Source of the DNA: an uncultured Erysipelotrichaceae bacterium
GTDB taxonomy: Bacteria > Bacillota_I > Bacilli_A > Erysipelotrichales > Erysipelotrichaceae
Direction: 5' to 3'
Assembly (NCBI GenBank): GCA_964457525.1
Contig: CAYWGS010000029.1
Location: forward strand, 1-15,722
DNA: 15,722 nt
Shown: one piece after another, positions 8,292-14,524 of the stretch
How positions within the stretch are numbered: the first letter of the stretch is position 1
Layout: every line of letters starts with the position of its first letter
Translations under genes and position numbers: made by a program
Notes under the pieces: model-generated
What the model saw: the letters and a program-made list of their open reading frames with translations, nothing else
Told to the model about the DNA's origin: nothing
Database searches by the model: none

Positions 8292-9251
8292 ATGAAATGT
8301 TATCTTGGTATTGATAGTGGTGGCACTAAAACAAAGTTTCTATTAGTGGATGAGAATGGTCATAAATTAGCTGAAAGTAATCAAAGTGCGAGTCATTATT
8401 TACAAGTTGGTTATGATGGATTAAAAAGTGTTTTGCAAGCTGGACTTCAAGATTGTTTAAATCAATCTGCTTGTACAAAAGAATCCATTCATCATATCTT
8501 CGCATCTGTTGCGGGTTATGGTGATATTGAAGATGATAGTGAACATATCATCCAAGCCGTTAATGAAGTCTTTTATCCCATTCAAACAACAATCGGTAAT
8601 GATGTAGAGAATGCCTACGCAGGTGGACTTGTGGATAAAACAGGTATTGTTCTCATCGCAGGTACTGGTTCAATTGGTCTTGGCCTTGATAACGATGGTA
8701 ATAGCCTAAGATGTGGTGGTTGGCATCATATTTTTGGTGGAGATGAAGGCAGTGGATACTGGATTGGTTGTAAACTCATTCAAGAATTTACCATGCAAAG
8801 TGATGGGCGTTCTAACAAAACACAGTTATATTCACACATCAAAACGAAGTTTAATTTTGTGAATGATTCAGATATTCTTAAGCTTACCGTTGTAGATTGG
8901 GATTTCGATCGTACTAAAGTCGCGGCACTTTCGAGAGAAGTCAGTGTACTAGCGCATCAAAATGATCCTGCTTCACTTAGAATCTTAAATGAAGCTGCTG
9001 TTGAACTGAGTCGCATTATTATCGCAATTAAAAACCAACTTAACTTTAGTTCTACTGTTTTAGCTTCTTATCAAGGTGGTGTGTTTAAGAGTGGTGATCC
9101 TGTTCTAATTCCTCTTAAAGAAATATTGATTAAGCATAATATTGAACTAATCCCACCTTTCTCAAGTCCTGATATTGGTAGTGTTATCTTAGCGTTTAAG
9201 TATGCTCATACCCCTCTTACTGAAACTATCCTTCGTAATTTAAAAGCATAA
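8292..9251 (+). CDS. BadF/BadG/BcrA/BcrD-type ATPase, N-acetylhexosamine/hexosamine kinase-like
   Basis: Start set at MKCYLGIDSGGTKTK (ATG 8292; RBS AAAGGGA; 1 nt after the regulator stop). Motifs GIDSGGTKT, AGTGS and GGWHHIFGGDEGSGYWIG. The track start at 8220 lies inside the regulator gene. Confidence 0.85.
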   Translation: MKCYLGIDSGGTKTKFLLVDENGHKLAESNQSASHYLQVGYDGLKSVLQAGLQDCLNQSACTKESIHHIFASVAGYGDIEDDSEHIIQAVNEVFYPIQTTIGNDVENAYAGGLVDKTGIVLIAGTGSIGLGLDNDGNSLRCGGWHHIFGGDEGSGYWIGCKLIQEFTMQSDGRSNKTQLYSHIKTKFNFVNDSDILKLTVVDWDFDRTKVAALSREVSVLAHQNDPASLRILNEAAVELSRIIIAIKNQLNFSSTVLASYQGGVFKSGDPVLIPLKEILIKHNIELIPPFSSPDIGSVILAFKYAHTPLTETILRNLKA

Positions 9252-9282
9252 TAAAAAATCATAAAGTATACAGGTCTTTACG
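9248..9282 (-). terminator. Candidate intrinsic terminator of the small minus-strand gene
   Basis: Minus-strand RNA: CGUAAAG-9nt-CUUUAUG, then AUUUUUUAUUAU. The imperfect pair is G-U on the minus strand but an A-C mismatch on the plus strand, which favours function on the minus strand. The stem contains the frame-2 stop codon (9278-9280). Confidence 0.4.
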
Positions 9283-9573
9283 CTTTATTCTTCATGATTA
9301 GATACTCTTCTTCGATTGTAATAAACGGAATAGCTTCAAAAGCATACATTTCCTTAAACTCTTTGGTTATAAATATTGGGTAACCATGAATCATTACTTG
9401 GCAAGGATTACTGTAATGTAAACTAATACGAAGACCTCCAACATAGAGGTCTTTTTTAAGTCTGAATTTAACAACTTGATATACAATTCCTTCGTCATTT
9501 TAAATGCTTCTATATGCAGATGCCCATATTCTGCCACATCCATAAACTGGTCGTATACTTGTTTGAGTGTCAT
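9278..9573 (-). pseudogene. Small hypothetical gene split between two frames at an A6 run (frameshifted pseudogene, homopolymer sequencing error or programmed -1 frameshift)
   Basis: ATG at 9573 with RBS AAAGGGA. Frame 1 gives 59 aa and stops at 9394-9396. The -1 frame is open over 9281-9499 and ends at TAA 9278-9280. Joining the two at A AAA AAG (9457-9451) gives a 98-aa product. Confidence 0.45.
9431..9458 (+). terminator. Hairpin plus T6: candidate plus-strand terminator of the regulator-kinase operon (also the structure just 3' of the slippery run on the minus strand)
   Basis: AAGACCTC-caacata-GAGGTCTT followed by TTTT. The stem is perfect and the T-tract lies on the plus strand. Confidence 0.5.
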
Positions 9574-9634
9574 ATGTTTCCCTTTCTGTTAACGGTATAC
9601 ACTTATAAACCGTTGAACCCCGCGAAACGTTACA

Positions 9635-10447
9635 CTATTTTCTTAAAATTACACACAATGTATCCGATTCTGTACTAAATTCTTTCCCACATACATCCGA
9701 ATAGATACTTACTAACTTAAATCCAACTGATTCTGTTTCTAGTTTGATGGATTCTCGTGAGAAACAGGTATTCCATATGTTATACGTTTTAACTAATTCT
9801 TCTTCCACCACTACATACCTGGAACTACTCACATTGGGTTCATATGTATGCAGTGAGTTTAATGAGATGTATGGAGATTCACTAAAAAATCCTCCGTTCT
9901 CACAAACCTCATAACTCGTCTTCTCTACAAGCTTTTGATGATAACTATCACTAAATACATCTAAGATAAATCTTCCACCTGGTTTGAGTGCTTGATGGAC
10001 TCGTTTTAATAGATTAACTCTATCTTCATAAACAAGTGCTCCATAATCACACCAGATGAGTGTGATTAAATCATATTGTTCTGTAAAATCCATTTCTAGA
10101 TAGCTCAAATGAATATACTTCGTTTTACTATCTTGTGATTTCGCATATTCGATGGATCTAATAGAGAAATCTAGACCTGATACATTATAACCAGCATCCG
10201 ATAATCGTTTTGTATATAAACCTGGTCCACATCCTATGTCTAACAGTTGAGTATCCATAGTCATTAATGTTTTCAACCACTCTACTGACGCATCAATAAA
10301 GGCTGGCTTACGACTCGCCGCATTCGTGTTTGGATTAAGATGCGCTTCTAACATACTCTTAGAGATATGTGGATCATTCCAGAATAGTTGACTTGTTTTC
10401 TCATAGAGTTTTGGTTTGATTAGATATGATCGTAATTGTTTGTACAT
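9635..10447 (-). CDS. Class I SAM-dependent methyltransferase (small-molecule type)
   Basis: 270 aa. Motif I LLDIGCGPGLYT, acidic motif II GLDFS, and LKPGGRFILDV. I see no DPPY/NPPY or cytosine-C5 DNA methyltransferase motifs. Confidence 0.85.
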   Translation of the reverse strand: MYKQLRSYLIKPKLYEKTSQLFWNDPHISKSMLEAHLNPNTNAASRKPAFIDASVEWLKTLMTMDTQLLDIGCGPGLYTKRLSDAGYNVSGLDFSIRSIEYAKSQDSKTKYIHLSYLEMDFTEQYDLITLIWCDYGALVYEDRVNLLKRVHQALKPGGRFILDVFSDSYHQKLVEKTSYEVCENGGFFSESPYISLNSLHTYEPNVSSSRYVVVEEELVKTYNIWNTCFSRESIKLETESVGFKLVSIYSDVCGKEFSTESDTLCVILRK

Positions 10448-10502
10448 AAGAATCTCTTTAGTTTAAGTTTTACAAGTTTGCTTTTATCATATATATTATT
10501 AA

Positions 10503-10531
10503 TTGATTTTCTCCAGATAATACATTACTAT
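10503..10531 (+). promoter_or_regulatory. Candidate promoter of the abiEi-abiEii operon
   Basis: TTGATT (10503-10508), a 17-nt spacer, then TACTAT (10526-10531). It is flanked by the imperfect inverted repeat TTTTCTCCA (10507-10515) / TGGAGAGAA (10541-10549). Confidence 0.45.
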
Positions 10532-10550
10532 TATATTAAATGGAGAGAAT

Positions 10551-11147
10551 ATGATAAAATCAACTGCTATTCTTCTTGAAGAATTAAAGAATTATCAAAA
10601 TCCAATGGTTAAAATTTCTTTAATGGTTAAGAAAAGAGAGCTTTTCCCTATTACAAGAGGTTTATATGAAACTGACCCTTCTATTCCTGGTTACTACTTA
10701 GCTTCTGTCATTTATGGGCCTTCATATTTATCGTTTGAGTATGCTCTCGCTTTTCACGGATTAATTCCTGAAGCAGTTTATCAGTTTACATGTGCAACAT
10801 TTAATAAAAGACGTAGAAAAAAATATAATAATCATTTTGGTTATTATTCGTATAGAGATGTTCCTAATTTAGCTTTCCCTATTGCGACAGTCTTATATCA
10901 AGAGAATGGATATAGCTTTGTGATTGCAAGGCCAGAAAAAGCAATTTGTGATTTACTATACACATATGAACCTTGTAATAATCAAAAAGAACTAAGATCT
11001 TTGCTTTTTGATTTTATCAGAATTGATGAAGATTCTTTCTTTGAATTAGATTTAAAACTAATAATGGAAATTGCTCAATATTATCATATAAAGAATTGTA
11101 AGTTACTTATCCGTATTTTAGAAAAGGAGATTATAAAGCGTGGATAA
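10551..11147 (+). CDS. abiEi: AbiEi-family type IV antitoxin / transcriptional autoregulator
   Basis: 198 aa. LFPITRGLYE and GPSYLSFEYALAFHGLIPE (the N-terminal winged-helix region typical of AbiEi), plus ARPEKAICDLLY. It overlaps the downstream nucleotidyltransferase gene by 8 nt. Confidence 0.8.
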   Translation: MIKSTAILLEELKNYQNPMVKISLMVKKRELFPITRGLYETDPSIPGYYLASVIYGPSYLSFEYALAFHGLIPEAVYQFTCATFNKRRRKKYNNHFGYYSYRDVPNLAFPIATVLYQENGYSFVIARPEKAICDLLYTYEPCNNQKELRSLLFDFIRIDEDSFFELDLKLIMEIAQYYHIKNCKLLIRILEKEIIKRG

Positions 11148-12000
11148 CCTAATACAACAAATGATAAATGAGTATCAAATACAAAACGATCAAGATAGAA
11201 GAAATGCATTAAAAGAAGTCATTCAAGAAATTGTTTTATGTGGTTTATCTAGGGTTGGATTCTTTAGCGAAGCTGCTTTTTATGGTGGAACTGCATTAAG
11301 AATTTTCTACGGTTTAGATCGATTCTCAGAAGATTTAGATTTCTCTTTAGTTCAAGTTAACACTAAATTTAATTTTGAAAAATATATACCTGGATTAGCT
11401 AATGAGTTAAGTTCATATGGATTGAACTTAGAAATCAGTATTAAAGATAAAGCTATCGATTCTACAATTAAATCCGCATTTGTTAAAGGGAATACAAAAG
11501 AGTTAATATTGAAATTCTTTGAAAATGAATCTTTGACGAACAAGATAGGTAAGAATGAACTCGTAAAAATTAAATTCGAAGTAGATATTTATCCGCCTCA
11601 ATATGCACAAGTTGAGCATAAGTATAAACAGTTACCGATACCCTATGAGGTTGTACTTTATGATTTACCTTCTTTGTTTGCTGGTAAAACACATGCGGTA
11701 TTATGTCGCTCTTGGAAGAGTAGAGTTAAAGGACGTGATTTATATGACTTCACTTTTTATGTATCAAAGAAAGTACCAATCAATTTGAAGCACTTAAATG
11801 CGAGGTTAATTGATTCTGGATTCATTAGTGAAGGTGAAGAACTTACACTTGACGAACTTAAATTAAAACTAAAAGCTCGATTTAATGAAATTGACTATTC
11901 GCTTGCTAAAGAGGATGTTATAAACTTCTTAAAGTATCCTTCTAAGATAGATATTTGGAGTGAGGAGTATTTCTGTAGTTTAGTAGATGAATTAATATAG
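11140..12000 (+). CDS. abiEii: AbiEii/AbiGii-family nucleotidyltransferase toxin (DUF1814)
   Basis: 286 aa. GTG start with AAGGAG 10 nt upstream. Pol-beta-type NTase signature YGGTALRIFYGLDRFSEDLDFSL and the family C-terminal block GKTHAVLCRSWKSRVKGRDLYDF. Confidence 0.85.
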   Translation: MDNLIQQMINEYQIQNDQDRRNALKEVIQEIVLCGLSRVGFFSEAAFYGGTALRIFYGLDRFSEDLDFSLVQVNTKFNFEKYIPGLANELSSYGLNLEISIKDKAIDSTIKSAFVKGNTKELILKFFENESLTNKIGKNELVKIKFEVDIYPPQYAQVEHKYKQLPIPYEVVLYDLPSLFAGKTHAVLCRSWKSRVKGRDLYDFTFYVSKKVPINLKHLNARLIDSGFISEGEELTLDELKLKLKARFNEIDYSLAKEDVINFLKYPSKIDIWSEEYFCSLVDELI

Positions 12001-12014
12001 TTCATATCATATCT

Positions 12015-12043
12015 AAAAGGTCCCATTTAAATTGGGGCCTTTT
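12015..12043. terminator. Bidirectional intrinsic terminator between abiEii and the histidine kinase gene
   Basis: AAAAGGTCCCA-tttaaat-TGGGGCCTTTT: an 11-bp stem with one G-U pair and A/T tracts on both sides. It overlaps the kinase stop codon (12042-12044). Confidence 0.8.
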
Positions 12044-13472
12044 ATACTAACTTAATTGTAAATGTGATTTCTGTACCCTTATTCTCTTCACTCATAACAT
12101 GTAGATCAATATGATGATTATTCGCTATTCTTGAGACGATAAGTAAGCCTAAACCATTCCCATTTGGATTGTTTTGACTTTCTTTCTTATAGCGTTGGAA
12201 GAGTTCTTTTTGTTTAAGTTCACTCATTCCAACTCCTTCATCTCTAATGGATATGCTTACTGTGTTATCAACTTTTTTCGCACTCAAATGAATTGAACTC
12301 TGCACATCTGAGAACTTAGATGCATTTTCAATAACAGCTAGGAACATTTGTTTTAAACGTTGATGATCCCCAACGATATTCCACATTCCTTCTTCAATAT
12401 CACTTACAAGTTCTTGTTTCTTCGATTTTAGAATCGCTTGAGCACTTCGACTTACATCACTTAGTACTTCATGGAGTTCACAATTACGCATATCGAGTTT
12501 AAAATCTGGATCTTCAAGTTTGGATAAGTCTAATAGATCTTGAATCAATCGCTGCATGCCCACTGTTTCATGGATGATTTGTTGGCTTATCACTGGACTA
12601 TCATTGATATCATAGACTTTATCTTTTATCCCTTCCGCAAGTCCACGAATAACCGTTACCGGTGTTCTTAATTCATGTGTGATATCCGCAATGAAGTTTT
12701 GTCTCATCTTCTCTAGGTTTTCACTTTGTCGTGAGGCATCGTCTAGTCGTTTGGCTAAGCTATTAATGTTCTTAGATAAGAGTCCAAATTCGTCTTTTCT
12801 GGATTCATCGATTTCAATATTATATTGTCCTGATGCGAGTGTATTAATAGCCGCGTTGGCTTTCATTAACGGTTTGATAAAGTTCATGGATAAGAGATAC
12901 CCTAATACAATCGCGATGAAGATCCCAATAATAAGCGCAACCATCATTGTTCGTATACTTGCGGTACTTAAGGCGTCAATCGAAGATAAGGACGCCGAAA
13001 TAAATAGTGCCCCAACAATTTGATTATTGATTTGGATTGGTGTTCCAACTGTAACATTCTCTTCTTGGAATACACCTTTAATACGATCACTGATGAGTTG
13101 TTCACCCTTGAGTACTTGAGATAGTAATTCTTGTGTCCCTTTACTTAGATTGTGATAGTTTCGCATCATCCCCATTCCCATACGGGTTTCAGTAATGGTA
13201 TTGATATCTCCATTTTGGCTTACAATCCAAACTTGTAAATCCTTAACATCGATACTTGAAAGGTAGTATTGTACAACACTCTCTTCAATATCAAAGGTTC
13301 GATTCTCCGCTATTACATTCGCGATTAAAGTGGATTGACTGAGTAAACTGACCTCAATGGATTCTCTGGTTTGTTTACGTACGTTGAACCCAAAAACAAT
13401 CCCGATGATCGCAAAGGATAAAATAACCAAGATAAAATAAAGTATTAGTTTTCGAGTAATCCCTTGACTCAT
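12042..13472 (-). CDS. Membrane sensor histidine kinase (two TM segments, extracytoplasmic loop, HAMP, HisKA, HATPase_c)
   Basis: 476 aa. TM segments ILYFILVILSFAIIGIVFGF and MMVALIIGIFIAIVLGYLL. H-box ADITHELRTPVT, N-box ENASKFS, G-boxes RDEGVGM and GNGLGL. Confidence 0.9.
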   Translation of the reverse strand: MSQGITRKLILYFILVILSFAIIGIVFGFNVRKQTRESIEVSLLSQSTLIANVIAENRTFDIEESVVQYYLSSIDVKDLQVWIVSQNGDINTITETRMGMGMMRNYHNLSKGTQELLSQVLKGEQLISDRIKGVFQEENVTVGTPIQINNQIVGALFISASLSSIDALSTASIRTMMVALIIGIFIAIVLGYLLSMNFIKPLMKANAAINTLASGQYNIEIDESRKDEFGLLSKNINSLAKRLDDASRQSENLEKMRQNFIADITHELRTPVTVIRGLAEGIKDKVYDINDSPVISQQIIHETVGMQRLIQDLLDLSKLEDPDFKLDMRNCELHEVLSDVSRSAQAILKSKKQELVSDIEEGMWNIVGDHQRLKQMFLAVIENASKFSDVQSSIHLSAKKVDNTVSISIRDEGVGMSELKQKELFQRYKKESQNNPNGNGLGLLIVSRIANNHHIDLHVMSEENKGTEITFTIKLV

Positions 13473-14164
13473 ACTTTATCCTCTGTGATCTCAAATTTAT
13501 ATCCAACACCCCATACAGTCTTTAAGTCCCAATGTGGATGTTTAACTAAGTCTAATTTACTTCTTAAACGTGTCATATGGGAATCAACCGTACGACTATC
13601 TCCATAATAGTCATATCCCCATACTTGATTTAAGAGTTGATCTCTAGAATACGCAACACTTGGATGACTTGCTAGTGTAAAGAGTAGTTCGATTTCTTTA
13701 CGTGTGAGTGATACTTCTTCTTGATCGATTAGTACACGATAGGCTCTCATATCAATCGATAGATTATGGATCGTTAATAGATGTTTCGTACTACCTGGAT
13801 CTAAGCGTCTGAGTACAGCTTTAATTCGAGCCATGACTTCAAGTGGAGAAAATGGTTTTACCACGTAATCATCTGCCCCGATATCAAGTCCCATAATCTT
13901 CTCATAGTCTTCACCACGAGCCGTAATCATGATAATTGGCACATTGTTTTCACGTCGTATTTCTTTACACACTGAAAACCCATCGAGTTTCGGCATCATC
14001 ACATCAAGTAGTACCAAATCGATATCACTATTCAATTTATTAAGCGTATCAAAACCATCTACTGCCACGACAGTTTCATAGCCTTCCTTCTTACAATAAC
14101 TAACTAGAATCGATGTTATTTGTGGGTTATCATCCGCTATTAAGATCGTTGTTTTATCTTTCAT
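13469..14164 (-). CDS. OmpR/PhoB-family response regulator
   Basis: 231 aa. Receiver domain (ILIADDN, LLDVMMP, VVKPF) plus a C-terminal winged-helix domain (LTRKEIELL ... VWGVGYKF). There is a 4-nt overlap with the kinase gene. Confidence 0.92.
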   Translation of the reverse strand: MKDKTTILIADDNPQITSILVSYCKKEGYETVVAVDGFDTLNKLNSDIDLVLLDVMMPKLDGFSVCKEIRRENNVPIIMITARGEDYEKIMGLDIGADDYVVKPFSPLEVMARIKAVLRRLDPGSTKHLLTIHNLSIDMRAYRVLIDQEEVSLTRKEIELLFTLASHPSVAYSRDQLLNQVWGYDYYGDSRTVDSHMTRLRSKLDLVKHPHWDLKTVWGVGYKFEITEDKV

Positions 14165-14203
14165 ACTGATATTATATGCATAAATTATGACAAAAGTGTG
14201 TTA

Positions 14204-14398
14204 TTAATGTGTATCCATTACATTCAGCATCATCACAAAGTAAAAGTACTTACTATTATCACGATTATTGAGTGCATCTAGAAAAGGTTGTTTATAGATC
14301 ATCGACCCCATCAAGTTATAATACTTCTTATCTAGTTCTTCTTTCATCCCTGAGTCTTTTATCTCTTGGATAATTTGTTTCATTCGATCATCAATCAT
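14204..14398 (-). CDS. Small hypothetical protein (64 aa) directly upstream of the two-component genes
   Basis: A perfect AGGAGG lies 8 nt upstream of the ATG. It is on the same strand as the response regulator, 39 nt upstream. I recognise no family. Confidence 0.55.
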   Translation of the reverse strand: MIDDRMKQIIQEIKDSGMKEELDKKYYNLMGSMIYKQPFLDALNNRDNSKYFYFVMMLNVMDTH

Positions 14399-14488
14399 AT
14401 TAAAAACCTCCTAATATAAGATACGCATCTCATTAATTATTTCCTAAGAAATATTTATTAATTCTTTACAAATATTTTTCATAACAAA

Positions 14489-14497
14489 TGTTATAAT
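14489..14497 (+). promoter_or_regulatory. Extended -10 promoter element of the esterase gene
   Basis: TGtTATAAT matches TGnTATAAT. It lies about 27 nt upstream of the ATG at 14525, which has RBS AGGAGG (14514-14519). Confidence 0.5.
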
Positions 14498-14524
14498 TTC
14501 AACAATTAAAACCAGGAGGTTCTT

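Noticed and set aside
9291-9380. 29-codon plus-strand ORF (ATG at about 9294) downstream of the kinase gene
   Set aside because: It has no RBS and is antisense to the better-supported minus-strand frame. It is too short for any family recognition.
9588-9625. Hairpin GTTAACGGT-12nt-ACCGTT(G)AAC followed by the locally GC-rich CCCCGCG, between the methyltransferase stop and the small gene
   Set aside because: The stem is short and bulged, with no U-tract on either strand. I cannot assign it a terminator, riboswitch or repeat-element identity from sequence alone.
9635-10447. Methyltransferase as a restriction-modification or defence partner of AbiE
   Set aside because: It has motif I, motif II and post-I only, with no DPPY/NPPY or C5 catalytic motifs and no adjacent nuclease or specificity gene. 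The N-terminal region resembles common small-molecule methyltransferases. It is on the opposite strand and divergent from abiEi.
11352-11788. ORFs 11352..11543 (-) and 11603..11788 (+) inside abiEii
   Set aside because: They overlap the motif-supported AbiEii reading frame, antisense or out of frame, and have no translation signals.
12679-13023. Plus-strand ORF 12679..13023
   Set aside because: It is antisense to the HAMP/HisKA region of the histidine kinase gene.
14449-14477. Two copies of AAATATTT, 21 bp apart, in the TCS/esterase intergenic region as possible response-regulator boxes
   Set aside because: A self-complementary, AT-only 8-mer in very AT-rich DNA could easily arise by chance. 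There is no third copy or flanking conservation to support it.
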